From the human T2T-CHM13v2.0 reference genome, Homo sapiens, in the NCBI RefSeq assembly GCF_009914755.1, contig NC_060925.1: a stretch of 64,000 bases of DNA. One strand, 5' to 3'. Every line of letters begins with the position of its first letter. The stretch's first letter is position 1. The position numbers and the translations under genes were made by a program. The notes beneath the pieces were generated by a model that did no database searches, had not been told where the DNA came from, and saw nothing but the letters and a program-made list of their open reading frames with translations. Of the stretch, positions 18,470 to 35,240 are shown in pieces.

Positions 18470-18573
18470 TGGAGAAAGGAAATGCAGACATAAGATTGTG
18501 AGGTTACGTTAAAACCCTGACCCCTGAATTTTAAATGGAAGTGTTGGTATGAACCCATGATATATTTGATCTT

Positions 18574-18621
<48 letters not shown>

Positions 18622-20710
18622 CTAGCTCTGTCCACTGAAAAGGACTAGAAGCAAATGATCAACCCAGTAGAATGAGCGCAGCGAATACTCATTGTAATCT
18701 CTAAATCCTATTTTCCAGCTGGATATGGTGGTTCATGCCTGTAATCCCAGCACTTTGGGAGGCTGAAGTGGAGAGATTGTTTGAGCCCAGGAGTTAGAGG
18801 CTGCAGCAAGCTATGAGGGCGCCACTATACTCCAGCCCAGATGACAGAGACAGACCAGACCCTGTTTCTAAAAATAAATAAATAAATCCTATTTTCCACC
18901 AAAAGCAGCCAGGGCTTTTTGGAGAAATAGCTGATTCCAAATCTGGGGCAGAAAATTGCAAGATGACCCTGGATTGCTTTGTCATATTAGAAAGCAAGAA
19001 AACTATCAAAGACCAGTAGGTTTGTTTCAGGAAGACTCAGCAGCTAATTTAAACAGCATCCCACTAGCCAAAGATGGAATAATTTGAACATCAATAAGAA
19101 TAATCACTGCAATGTATTTAAACCATCAAATGTATTAAAAATCCATGAATTTATTTCAATGCAATTAAAGTTTCATTGGCCAAAAAAAAAAAAAAAAATG
19201 CATTGGTTACATTCGGAGGATCCTAGGGAAACACCTTATTATTTTGAATATTGGTAAATAAAGGAAAACAATCAAGCACTTAGTCTCATTCCTGTGCAAT
19301 CTATATTTCAGCCAAATAGTGAATAAAGAGAAAGCTTTTTTTACAGAGTATTTTTGCTAAATAAATTATAAAGGAATGATATAATTTGACTATCATCAAT
19401 TTGCATTTCCTAATGGATATGGGTAGGAATCATTGATAGCTGCTATTAATAATATCACACAAGAAAGGAGACAATCAAACATTATGTATGTACCTCCTGA
19501 TGGAAGTACACAGCATCTATGGAGTATTCTCACCAAAAAAGCTTAAATTGAAATCTGATCAAGCCTCTAGATCTATTTAAAAATTTATAGGACATGCAGG
19601 GGTCAGAGGAAGATGAAATCAGCAAAAGACAGACTATATGGAAAACACTATGACATTGGTCCAGTTTCTCCAATGAATAGGTTGCAAGGAAAGAAACAAA
19701 AAAAGAAAATAGTTGAAGCCTGTAAATTAAAACAGACTTAAACATATCAGCTGTACAATACATGCATTTTATTTGGGTCCTGATTCTAACTAAAAATAGT
19801 AAAACAATTATGAGACTTTCTTGTATTCAGGAAAGCTAAATACAGGCTGGATATATAACAATATTAAGGACTGTTCATTGTTTGGTTGGTTTGTTCGTTG
19901 GTTTTGTTTTGTTTTCAGACAGGGTCTTGCTTTGTTGCCCAGGCTGGAATGCAATCTGTGATCTCGGCTCACTGCAGCCTCAACCTCCTAAGCTCAAGCG
20001 ATCATCCCACCTCAGCCTCCCGAGTAGCTGGGACTACAGCATGAACCACTACACTCAGCTAAGTTTTTGTAGAGACTGGGTCTTGCCATGTTGCTGGTCT
20101 CAAACTCCTGGGTTCAAACGATCTGCCCGCCTTGGCCTCCCAAAGTCTCCCAAAGTGCTGGCATTACAGGTGTGAACCACCGCACCAGTTTTTTTTGTTT
20201 GCTTGCTTGTTTTTGTTTTTGTTTTTTAGAAACAGGTTCTCCCTCTGTAACTCAAGATGGAGTGCAGTGGCGCAATCATGACTCACTGCAGCCTCAACTT
20301 TCTGAGCTCAAGCGATCCACCCTGCCTCAACCTCTGGAGTGGCTGGGACTACTACAGGCGCACACCACCACACCCAGCTAATTTACTTTACTTTTTGTAG
20401 AGATGGGGTCTTAGTATGCGCCCAAGCTGATCTGGAACTCCTGGCCTCAAAGGATCTTCTTGCTTCAGCCTCCCAAAGTGCTAAGGTTACTGGCATGAGC
20501 CACTGCACCAGGACTTTTAATGGAAAAATGATATTGTGCCTGAGATTTGCTTCAAAATAATCTGGGGTGGGGGGGAATGGAGGGCATGGAGGAAATGAGA
20601 GGGGCTGTGAGTTGATTGCTGTCAAGCTGGATGGGGGTTTCATGGAGGTTCATTGTGCTATTCTCTCTACTTTTGCATACAGTAAGATTTTTCTATAATA
20701 AAAATAAATG
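18470..20710 (+). mobile_element. L1MC-type 3' region with inserted Alu monomer (+, 18717-18885) and two AluJ (-, 19880-20188 and 20189-20512)
   Basis: L1MC 3' blocks such as cctagctctgtccactgaaaaggactagaagc and ggagaaatagctgattcca; Alu motifs. Confidence 0.75.
18577..18618. repeat. (TA)n microsatellite
   Basis: About 21 uninterrupted AT/TA units. Confidence 0.97.
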
Positions 20711-22115
20711 TAAGTAGGATTGATTGTTCCTCCTCTTGAAAGGATTCACCTTGCACATTCTTGAAAGGTGGCCAAGGAAGCCACCCCTTGTCCCCGTTCC
20801 TGTGGGATGAGGTATGTCTGGAGCGAGCAGAAGTGGGTGTGACTCTGCCCTGTCGCGCACATCTACTGAAGTCTTGAAAAATAACGGAACCCAATACACA
20901 TTGAAAAGTGACTTTCTCCAACATCAAGTTATTGCACCGTTGTTTGGTAGGGTAGGGAGCAACAGAGGACCATGACGTCAGACTCCAGAACTCAAACATT
21001 TTTTCCCCTTCTTCACTGAAAACTCAGACCGTCTTCACATTTTGTTCTGAGACCAGGAGGAAGATCTGGGGCTCTTGGCCAGCATCTCCTTCTTGTCAGG
21101 ATTGGCCTCTTTGTTTCCATTTCTTTAAAGAATGAAAAAGAGCAGAAGAACCTAGAAAACATTATGCACCTTTCATAGAAATAAAATACAAGCATACTAT
21201 GTCCATTTCTCATAGACACTGGAGCCAGGTGCTCATTTTATTTTCAGATATGTGGGAGAATCTTTTGTTAGATACTCAGCCCAGCACAATGGGGAGAAAA
21301 CAGGATATACATGTATGGTAACTAGGTTGTAAATAGATTTTAATCCCTTGAGCCAGCCTACCTTTAGTTCCTAATGCCCTGCCCCACAATGAAATTACAT
21401 GGCCAATATCCTAGATCTCAGCTTTTCAAAGTTTCCTTCTTTACGCAGTCCTGGAATTCCTTACGTGCTTAGAAACAAAAACAATTTTATGATAAATGAC
21501 TCAAAAAAGAAACAACTTTGCAATAAACTTTCAGCATTTTCCCGAACAGGAGAGTAACAGTCCCAAACAAAGCCACCCAAATTGTTTTCCTTGCTTGCTG
21601 AGCTGCAAATCTTTGTTCTGCACGCTGATTCCTGATCCATGGTGCCCTTTTCATTAATTTGCTGGCAGATTTGAACCAAATCTGATTCCCATCCTTTCCA
21701 TAAAACCTCCGATCTCTCCTGAGAGCCAAAGTCTGGGCCCAGGAAGTGGAGTTAGAAACAAAAATGAATTAACACTGAGTAAAAAAAAAAAATTGAATAA
21801 AGCATGCTAAACCTTCTTCATGGCTTCTTTCCTTTAATACTCATCCATCCCTCTGAGGTGACTGCTTTAATTCTCTTCATTTCATACATGGAAAAACTGG
21901 AGCTGAAAGGGGTTACAGCTAGTAAGAGGCTGAGCTGTGACTTGAACAAATTTCTTTTTGACTCTAAAGCTCAAGTTTATAATCACTGTAATAAACCCCT
22001 TTTATCAGGAGGCTTTGGAAGGACTTATTTACATTAAAAGTAGCAGAACTTTGCAGAAAAGATGCCAAGGCAGCAAGACATAGTAAGAAAGGGCACATAT
22101 GGTTGTGCATGCTGA

Positions 22116-22133
22116 GCCCTACAGAGGGCGCTG
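22116..22133 (+). promoter_or_regulatory. CTCF-like motif (forward)
   Basis: gccctacagagggcgctg versus consensus CCAGCAGRGGGCGCT. Confidence 0.5.
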
Positions 22134-22439
22134 TTTGCATTATAGTTTATGGGACTAGCGTCCCTGGAGTTGTGCTGGGCACTGGCTGCAGCAGGACCAC
22201 CTGCCCTGAATGAGCATGGGCTTTGAAGTTTCAATAAGCTCCTATGATCTTTGACCGTGGGTAAGTTGCTTGGGGCTGACAATAAATGCAGAACAGATAA
22301 TTCTGCTAAGATGACTGCTACCCTAGTGGCTATGGCAGTGGTTATGAATACAGACTCAGGAGTACTGTACTCAGAAAGCAACCTCTCCCAGTGTGTTCTT
22401 CCTGAGGGTAGAAGATCACTTTGTCTTGTATTTGGCCAA

Positions 22440-24870
22440 GTGCAGTTTCCTTCTCCTCCCTCTAAACCTCTAAATGCAGGAGTGCTTAAATCTCAGTCTT
22501 TGGGCATCTCCTCTACCTATACTCATTTTCAAGGTGAACTCATCTAGGCCCATAGCTCAAATGCCATCCACATACAATGACTCCCAAATTCTATCTCCAA
22601 CTTTATCCTCTCCCCCAGCTCCAGACTCTATCTCTATCTTAACCTCTCCACTTGGGCATCTGATAGGACTCTGACGTGTCACATGATTTAAGACATCTGG
22701 AATAGAAATCTTGCTTTCCGCTCCTCACCTGCTCTTCTCCCAGTCTTTCTCAACCCTGTAAAAGACACCACCCTTCACCCAGCTGGCTCAAGTCGAAAGT
22801 CTACAAGTCAGCCCTAACTCCTCTCCTTCTTTTAAATCCAATTTCAATGCAAGTCCTATCAATTCTGCTCCTCAACATTTATCCTTATTCAGCCTCTTCT
22901 CCCCAGATCTGCTTGCTGCTTTTGTGTGTGTGTTGATAACTTTCATGAATCATATATTTTATTTTCCCAGTATTATAGACTAGATGTTTGTGGCCCCCCA
23001 AAATTCATACGTTGAAACCTAATTCCCAAGGTTTTGGTATGAGGTGATGGGCCTTTGGGAGGTGATTAAGTCATGAGGGTGGAATCCTCATGAATAGGAT
23101 TGTGCCTTTTATTTTTAAAAGAAGGCTCCAGAGAACTCCCTTACCCTTCCACCATTTGAGGACACAGTGAAAAGATGACCATTTATGAACCATGAAGCAA
23201 GGTCTCAGCAGACACCAAATCTGCCGGCATCTTGATCTTAGACTTTCCAGCCTCCAGAACTATGAGAAATAAATTTCTTTTGTTTATAAGCCCCCAGTCT
23301 ATGCTAGTTTGTTATACCTGCCCAAATGCACCTAGATACATTTTGTCTTTCAGTATGTAGGTTATAATTTTCCCTTTAAAAACAGTGTCTTCAGGGGTGG
23401 GTCCTGAATATCAAACTTTTATTGCTCTCAATTTCAAACCAGTATAAACACCTAATCCTAGTCCTGCTTTGACCACAAGCATCTTATTTAATTTTTTATT
23501 TATAGACAGGATCTCACTCTGTCACCCAGGCTGGAGTGGGCTGATCTGGAGGAGAATCAGACAGAGGCTGTGAGATATTCAGGCCAGTTTTTGACACATT
23601 GAGCATAAGGTGCTTTGGTATAAACAGAGATTTTTTAGTCGGAAATTGGTGGTGCAAGATTAGAGTTTTAGAAAATGGTTGCTGCTCAAGGTACACATTG
23701 AGCAAGATCATAGCTTACTGTAGCCCCGAACTCCAGGGCTAAAGTGATCCTCCCACCTCAGCTGTCCAGCTACTTTTAAATTTTTTTTGTAGAGATGAGG
23801 TCTCTCTGTGTTGCTTACGCTGGTCGTGAACTCCTGGCCTCAAGTGATCCTCCCACCTCAGCCTTCCAGAGCACCAGGATTACAGGTGTGAGCCACTGTG
23901 CCCAGCCTGACCACAAGCCTCTTGAAGGACTTGGTCTCTTCTCACACCAACAGCTTCTTCCCAAGCCACTCACTATTCCATCCTCTATAATCTCCTCCAC
24001 CCAAAATTGACACTGCTCTTGACAAGGCAATGACTTTCTAATTGCCAAATCCAAAGGCTTATCTCTAGACCTAATCATACTCGACTCTCGGATCACGGGA
24101 AATTGCTGATCCTTCCTTCTGCTCTGGATCCTGCGGCCCCTGCATCCTGCATTGCTCCAACCCCTCTGGCTCAAAGGTGTCAGACTTATTTGATTACTCT
24201 TCTTGCAGACTTTACCCTTGATCTTCCTCTCTTCTCATTCTTCACCACTGGTTCTTAAACTTATTTTTTCAAGGACACCTTTGAAAACATGCTAGAAGCT
24301 ATGAGAGAGTCATCCCTAAAATAAATAAGTAAAAATGCCTATATTCATGGACACATAATACCCTAAGTAATTTCAGGAGTTTCTTCACACCCTCAAGCCA
24401 AGTTAGACCCTCTGCTCTACTTTCTCAGCTGGGGGGGTGCCAACCACCCCCAGGGCTTCCATCATCACCCATATGTTGATGGCTTTCAAATGTGTACCTT
24501 GAGCAGCAACCATTTGCCAAAACTCTAATCTTGCACCCCCAATTTCCAACTAAAAAATCTGTTTATACCAAAGCACCTTATGCTCAATGTGTCAAAAACT
24601 GGCCTGAATATCTCACAGCCTCTGTCTGATTCTCCTCCAGATCGGCCCATTGCATAATGACTCACCATTCGCCCCATTACCAAGGAGGAATTGGCTCTTC
24701 TTCTCCCTCCTCTTGCTGCTTCCCAGGCTCCAGCCTTTCTCATCTCTTGCCTGGATTACTGGAGGAGCCTTCTGCTTGATCTGCCTGTCTCCCTCATTGC
24801 CCTCTTCAAACCCACCTGCTACACTGCAGCGAAATTTATCTTCAGCCTTTCCCTGCATCAAACCCCATTG
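22440..24870 (+). mobile_element. Fragmented L2 with inserted MLT1A LTR (about 22972-23340) and AluJ (-, about 23490-23908)
   Basis: L2 blocks (tgactcccaaattctatctcc; catctcttgcctggattactg); MLT1A blocks (gcagacaccaaatctgccggcatcttgatcttagactttccagcctccagaactatgagaaataaa). Confidence 0.7.
23537..23701 (-). repeat. Inverted ~165-bp copy of 24486-24649 inserted inside an AluJ
   Basis: Reverse complement matches 24486-24649 with about 5 substitutions and 2 small indels. Confidence 0.95.
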
Positions 24871-25289
24871 CTCACAGCAGTACTTCCCCAAGCGTGTTTC
24901 AAAGAATACAAAGTCTCCATGATATTATATGAATGGAAAAAGTTTTCATGGTCAATTAAGTTGAAGAAAAGAATGAAAATTAGTTAGGCTTAATTACATC
25001 TCAGAGTCTTCAATATGCTAAAACACATTTCGGAGCTCCAACTGGGAGATATGAAATAAAGCCTTTGTCAAACTATGTGGCAACAAAAGAGCCTAGTGTA
25101 CCTCAGAATACACTTTGGATGCCACTGGTCTATGAGCTGAACTTTAATTTCCTTGTCCATCTCTTTTTCTTTTTGACTTCTAGCTGCTATTTTTGATAAT
25201 GTAGACAATGGGAGGAAGGACAGCAGTGGCTTCAGGAAAACTAGCGTTTAAATCTCAGCACAGGACTTCTGGTCAGATTATTTCTCAGG

Positions 25290-25698
25290 ACATGCGCCGT
25301 CTAGTGTCCCTGGGCCTCTCGGGAGGCTGAGCTCTGTGGGCTGTGGCACCAGGCGCCCTGGGCCTCTGGCTTTCAGCTGAGTTTGGGCATTGGAAAGCAG
25401 TGGTAGCAGAGGTGACGGGAGGGTGTTCATTCCCCACTGCCACCTTCCCTCTGGTGGTTCTGCAGTGCTCCCACACTCTCCCTGATCCCAGCTCTTGTCT
25501 GGTAGGGGTGACTTGCCTTCTCTTCCCCTTTAGGCCTGGGGGTGATCATGGCTTCCAGCTGCTACTAACCCCTGGGGGCTCCGTCATCGCTTGTTAGCCC
25601 CCTTAATTCTGCCCACACCTTTGTAAATAGTCCATTCCTTAAACTCTTTTCAATTAAACCTTCTGAGTACGCCATCCTGTCTTCCCTGATGGAGACAG
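25290..25698 (+). mobile_element. LTR33-like (ERVL) LTR
   Basis: tttaggcctgggggtg...ctgcccacacctttgtaaatagtcc...gagtacgccatc. Confidence 0.65.
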
Positions 25699-26333
25699 GA
25701 CTTTAGTCTCCTTACAAAATGGGGATGGTAACATCTACCTCATGAGACAGCTGAGAATGTTCTGTGAAAGTACCTGAGGTGTGCTGCACCCAGTACAATG
25801 CCTGACCCCCAGCAGTGCCCACTGAATAAGAGATGACTACCCCAGTCCTGCCAGTTGTCCAAGTAGTGACCTACTCAAGAGTCTCTCTGCTCCCTTGCCA
25901 GTGATCCAGGCTGAGGTGGGCAGAGGGAAATTATGCCAGGCCCCAGTCTGAAGAGACCAAGCAGCCATCAGGACGCAGGGTACTGTCAGCAGTCACAGAA
26001 CAGGACTGACCTGCAGGTCCTACTCCAGGGCCCCGGAACAGAGGATCCTAACAGGGATTGGAACAGCCAAGGGTCAGGGTGTTTCTGTGCTCAGCATTCC
26101 TCTTGGAAGAAAGCAGCCTCTGTGCTGGGCCCAGATGGTCTGGCCTTCCACACTGGCCAATTGTTTCGCGAGGAGGAAATCCTTCCAGCTTCCAGTCTAC
26201 TCCTTGTCCCCCACTGAAGTGATCAAGTGGCCTGGAAGAGGGGGTGCTATTTGGAAAGGGAGGACACTTGAATTAGGTTTCCGGTACATTTCCCAACAGG
26301 CATACAATGGGGAAATTTTAAAAGGGGTTAATA

Positions 26334-27128
<795 letters not shown>

Positions 27129-28307
27129 TTAGAGAACACTTAGTGAATCTGCAGGCAGGCAAATTTATTTATACTGAGCCCTCATATAGGAAATTAATGT
27201 ATTGGGTGTGTTGAACAAAACATACCTGACTTATGGCACGTAATCAAAATGCAGTTTTATTTTGTTTTCTACTGTCTCTTTAAATCAATTCAGTGGGTAA
27301 AATTTTCACAATCTCTCGAAAATCAGGGAGTTTTTCTACACTCTTAAAGCCAGGAATAGACAACCTAATTCAGAAACAAAACAATACAGTATGGTATCCA
27401 ACACCTCAAACTTCACTCTAGGGCAAGTCTTCTTTGCCTTCTCCCCACCCAGGTGCTCTCTGGTACAAAATTGTCTCCCAGGACCAGGATCCCTCCTGTA
27501 GCAGAGGTGCCAGCTGAAGGAAGTCTGAGCTCTCCCATCACCCTGGGGCCTCAGCGATTTAAAATGTAAAATTTCTCCCAGCATCAGGGAGTCCCCACGT
27601 TGATCTGCCACAGAGAGACGTGACTAGTCAAACGCCAAATGAGAATGCAGAAAAAGAAGCCAAGTCAGGAGGGAGGCGGGCCTCTGCCTGGAAAGGGAGC
27701 AGGGAAGGTTTCATGGCTCTCTTCCCCGGGGCTCTTTGCCTTCCCATCCCAAAGTGGGGCCACAGGCCCTGGGGACCCTGAGGCTATCCCAGCACTGCCA
27801 AGGATCTAGCTCTGGTAGCACAGGATGCCCTGATGTCAAGCAATTCACGAGTAGGATAGGATAGTGGGATTCTTAACTCTCCACAAGCCATAGTAAATGC
27901 AAGCTTGGGGGCCAGGAGGAAGGAGGTAAGAAGGAGAAGGTGTCACACGCCAGGGCCAAATTAAATATCTCTATCCCCCAAGACACTGCAGGACTCTCCA
28001 TGACGTGCTAGCTAAACAGGCTGAGTTGCAGCTCTAGAAATTTATTTTGAGAACCGCAGATCTGTGGAGATGGTGAAATTGCAAGTCTAAACAAATCTCT
28101 TTGTCAAGTGAGGGCACAGGTGGGTGTGGATGACATCCAGACACCTGGCTTGGAGCTATTTGGGAGGACAGGCTATGAAGGAAACCCTTGGCCAAGGACC
28201 CTAAATATTTTTCTAACTTAGAATGAGAAGGTAGTGGTCATAGCCCCTCCATTTGATCCCAACCCCTTCAACCTCCCCCAACCAGACCCACTACCTGGAG
28301 CCCCTGG

Positions 28308-28779
28308 TGTGGTAGGCAGAAAAATGGCCCCTCAAAGATGTTCATGTCTTAATCTACTGAACTGGAGAATGTTATCCCACATGGCAAAAGGGACTTGGCA
28401 GATGTGATTAAACCAAGGATGTTGAGATGGGGAGATTATCCAGTGGGTGCCCCCAGTGTCATCACAAGGGTCCTTATACGAGAGGGGTGGGAGTGTCAGA
28501 GTCACAGAAGGGACTGACAGCAGAAGCAGAGTCAGAGGGAGGCCAGCGTTGGCTTTGAAGATGAAAGGGGCCATCACCAAGGAATGGACAGCCTCTAGAA
28601 GCTGAGAAGACAAAGAAATGACTTCTCCCCTCAGAGCCTCCAGGCAAGTACAGCCCTGCTGCCTCCCTGACTGTAAGGTGGTGAACAGATTTCAGACTTC
28701 TTCGGAACTATAAAATCATTAACTGTGTTGTAAGACACAAAGTTAGTACCTGTTACAGCAGCCATAGGAAACTAACACA
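28308..28779 (+). mobile_element. MLT1C/D (MaLR) LTR
   Basis: tgtggtaggcagaaaaatggcccc...cataggaaactaacaca. Confidence 0.85.
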
Positions 28780-29174
28780 TGTGGTAAGAGAACGTTGATA
28801 TGGTTCTTTCAGGTTCCTAAAGGCCCAGTTAAAAATAATCCTGATGAGAAGACATCACGCCACCCACCCACCCACCCCACTCCTGTCCATTTTACTGTGG
28901 GAGAGCCCACTTCCAAAAGCTGGATGTTTCAGGGTTGTCCATATCCAGAACTTAGTCACAATCACGGACACCACAGGGTGTCCCAGTGTGAAGTATAGCC
29001 GTCCCACTTCATGGGCTGACGCCCCATCCTGGAGTGGATGCATTTTGATATAAGGATGAGTTCCCTTTTAGAAAGAAAGCACCAATCGAGACTTTTTTCA
29101 CCAATTATGACATTAGTTAAAGGATCATGGTGACTCATAGGGTGGTGGGAAGAATGAATGGCCAGCCTACATAA

Positions 29175-29531
<357 letters not shown>

Positions 29532-30390
29532 TGAGTGTTCTTGAGGAAGACATCAGCAACTGGAAATACTGGGGATAAAAACACATGCCAGCCTAAGATC
29601 AATACTCAATGTTAACATTATTAGAACCATGTAAATATTATTCCCAGATGAGCCATATAGTGCGTTGTGATTTTTTATATGATACAATTTTTTGTTTTCT
29701 GTCAATAATTGCCTTTGTTTTGTTCCATTTCTTAGGTAACCATCACTATTTAATTTTCAAACTCTGGAACTAAGTATAAATCTCCTAAGATGTTTAAACA
29801 CATGAGGCAATCTGAAGTGTTCTTTTTTTTTTTTTCTTGGTTACTCCTGAATCCCTCCATCATCCTGGTCCTCTCTGGACCGCTCCTCTTTAGGGTGATT
29901 GACAGCAATACCTCTTATGCTGGATTAGCTTTGCTTCTGGACTGAGAGTGCTACATGGGCTGAGAGGTATCCTAGAGAAAATTGCCTTGGAGTATGTGCC
30001 AGTTCTGATTTTTTCCTGAAGAGACTTTATGGCCTCTATTCATGCAGGGAACATTCTCAATCACATTGTATTTAGCCTCATCCTGGACCAACTCTCACAT
30101 TTTTTAACTGACAATGGGTCAAGTAGACTTGGCCGAAGATGGCTGGCAGGGTCTCAAACTTTTTAAGTGAACACAGACTTGAAAAGAAGAAGCTGTTAAT
30201 TGTGCCCTGAGGGTAGACCTGGCTCCCACTGTACAAGGGGGCTCAAGCACATACCTGGTTCATCACCCAAAGTGGACCCAAAGTGGGCAAGGATAGTGAG
30301 GCTTTCACCCAGGAAGGGGAGCCACATTATCACCTGAGTCCCTAAGATCAGATAAATAAATGAAGGTTATTTAAAATGGTGACAAGATGG

Positions 30391-30996
<606 letters not shown>

Positions 30997-31837
30997 AAAT
31001 AACATGCTGAATTATTTTTTTCCTTTTTTCCTAATTTATTAGTCAATTGTCCTAGAAAATGCATTCTCAGTAGGGGTGACAAAACCATTACAATCGTTTG
31101 TGATCTTGCAAAGGGCCATGGTACATACACAGATATACAGTATATCTGTGATATTAAAACTTTATGGGGAGAAGGGTAATTTTTTAAAAAATTGGCAAAA
31201 AAGCTTCCTTAAGGGGCAATAAAAAAGACTGAGAAATTTCATTCTAGAGATTACTGAATAAATACCAGGTGTAATTACTGATCTCTTTATAGTAGGCTTT
31301 TTAGTTTAATCATTAAAATTGGAGTCGGAAGTGTTTTCTGTTTTTGTTTGTGATTGGAAAAATAATTCCTACAAAAACTACCTCACAACAGAATCCTTCA
31401 ATAGTCATGGCCCAGGAAGCTGAGGCGGAAACAAGAAACCCAGGTGTTACCTATTGGTAATTGTCCAGGCAGTAGAAACCAGAGAATGAGGGAAAACCTT
31501 GTATATGAAGTTCACCAAGTCATGAGATGAGGGGTAGCTGTCCTTTTTCCAGGACACTTGGTGGTGAGGCTACTCGTATTCTCAGCAGTCATCTGGAATA
31601 ACATACTAGTGCTAATGGGTGGGTCCTTTCATTTTAAGTTGTGCCATCTGTGGTTGTGACCTAAGGGCCCTGGCAATCAACTATACTGCCACTTTCGAAA
31701 ATCTTACAGTAAAAATTGACTGAGAATAATTATACATAATCGGCTGTCAGAGGCAAACAGGAGCCCTGGGGTAAAATACTTGGAAGCTTGAATTCATTAA
31801 TTGTTTAGAAGAAAGAGGTCAAGCTGTGCTCAAACCA

Positions 31838-32057
31838 CAGGGGTCTGCAAACTTTCTATCAAGAGCCAGAGGGTGAATATTTTAAGCTTTGTGTGCCGCT
31901 TGTCTCCATCACAACTGTTCAACAGCCATCGCTGTGCAAAGGGGGCAATAGACAAATTGCGGATGAATGGGCATGGCTGTGTTCCAATAAAACTTTATTT
32001 TTGGAAAAAGAGGCAGCAGGTGAATTTGGCCTGCAGGTCATAGTCAACCAACCCTTG
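31838..32057. mobile_element. MER58A (hAT-Charlie MITE)
   Basis: caggggtctgcaaacttt...gggcatggctgtgttccaataaaactttatt...ccaacccttg. Confidence 0.85.
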
Positions 32058-32307
32058 CTCAACCATATTACTTACCCTTTGCAACATGGAGTTTGCTTTC
32101 TTTAAAGGGATGTAGCTGTCATCTATGGAAACACTTGTTAGAATGTTTTGGTATTTTTCCTGACGGAAAATGAATAGAACAGAAACTGGAAGCTCCAGCT
32201 GAGTTTGGCTGAAGCCCCAGAGGGCCCATTTTGATGCCATTCCTTAGCAAAAAGCCCAGCCCTGGGTACCACTCTGACAGCAGACACAAGGTGGGTGGGA
32301 AGTTTAT

Positions 32308-32403
32308 GATGTGATTATTATACATTGCCTGCCTATATCAAAACATCTCATGTACCCCATAAATACATACGCCTACTATGTACCCACAAAAATTTAAAAA
32401 AAT
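32308..32403 (+). mobile_element. L1PB/L1MA extreme 3' end
   Basis: tatcaaaacatctcatgtaccccataaatacatacgcctactatgtacccacaaaaattt. Confidence 0.85.
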
Positions 32404-32803
32404 TTTAAGAAGAGAGGTGGAATAGGCCGGAGTCAGAGGTGTGCATTTTTGGGGGGAAAGGGGAGGTTTCAAGGTCCACACATAGGCCCTTCTCTTTGGC
32501 AAATAACAGATTCTGTGCAGTTATTGTATGTGTTAGTTTGTATATTTCATTGAGCTGTATTTGGAGGAGGGGAGGATAAGAAAATATGTCTCGTTTCTCT
32601 CTGTATCTCAGCCCATAACAGTGAGCCCACCACAGTGTAGCACTCAACCAACAAAGGGTCACGCAAATCAGGCCTAGTACTCTAAAGGCTATATCCTCAG
32701 GCAACCAGTTTTGGGTGAAAGCTCCTTAGAGCCCTCTGACCTGAGGCCAGGAGTGACTGAGTTTGTGTTGTGTCTGAGATTTAAAAAAATAAAAATAAAA
32801 AAA

Positions 32804-33843
<1,040 letters not shown>

Positions 33844-34496
33844 TCAAATTCCAAATACATGGATCCGAAAATGTCAAGCTCTCTTAAATTTGGGTACTGT
33901 CTGTGAGACCAGTTAGTGAGGTTAGTCTTTCTGTTCCATCTGCCCCTCTCTCTGCCTCCCAGCTTAGCCTTGATTCCATCACATGGGCTGGAGTGGGAGC
34001 CTCAGAGGAGGCTGGACTTCCCTGGTATGCTTGCAGCTAAAGTCATCACTTTGGTGAGCATGTTTCCTGAAGGAAGAATGACATACGAGTTCACCAATGA
34101 CAATTTCTCTACATGGAGTCCTGTGGGCAGTCAAAAACACAGGCCCACCATGTAACTTCTAAAATAATGAATTGGTAATACTGGATGTCAGTGAAAGCAA
34201 ACCACCCTGATGAGATGAATGCTGGCAGGCATGGAAAGGTCTAGCCATCCCTTCTCATCAGCGGACGGCTGGTCTCATCAGGACACAGCTCCCCCTCTTC
34301 TGGCCCTAAGGGAACCTGATCTCCCAGCAGATGAGGACTGTGAATCCGCTCCTGGATTTGGCAAAATTCAGGAGGTTTCTGTGGTGACCTGGGCAAAAGC
34401 CTGATTAGAGTAAGCTTAGGGAAGAATTGGAGGACAGAGAATTGGAGACAGTGAGAACTCACAGCTTTTTCAAGAATGATTAAAGAAATGAGACCA

Positions 34497-34830
<334 letters not shown>

Positions 34831-35089
34831 ATGAGACCATAATTGGCAGGCAGAGGGAGGTGGTGTGGGGGTGCTGGGACCAAATAAGATATAAGATGGA
34901 AGGAAAAATGGCACAACTGTATGCTTGGGAAGAGTAGAGAAGGAAGAACTGATGTCAGAAATGGATGGAAGGCCCCAGTGGAGTTGAAAGATGATTGAGC
35001 TGGGATACTAGAGAGAGAAAGCTGAAAAGAGACTGTGAGTGGCAAGTGGCAAGTGGGATGTTTGACATTGAGATCATAAAGAGCACAGA

Positions 35090-35240
35090 GGCCCAGCACG
35101 GTGGCTCACGCCTGTGCCATCCCAGCACTTTGGGAGGCCAAGGCAGGAGGATTACATGAGCCCAGGAATTCAAGACCAGCTTGGGCAACATTGTGAGACC
35201 CCCATCTCTACAAAATTAAAATTAAAATTAAAATTAAAAA
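35090..35240 (+). mobile_element. FLAM/Alu monomer
   Basis: Left-arm Alu; TSD ataaagagcacaga. Confidence 0.88.

Noticed and set aside
29940-30170. LHGL...EETL stretch resembling an APE endonuclease N-terminus
   Set aside because: No GVAIL, YAP, GDFN or SDH motifs follow, so it cannot be distinguished from chance.
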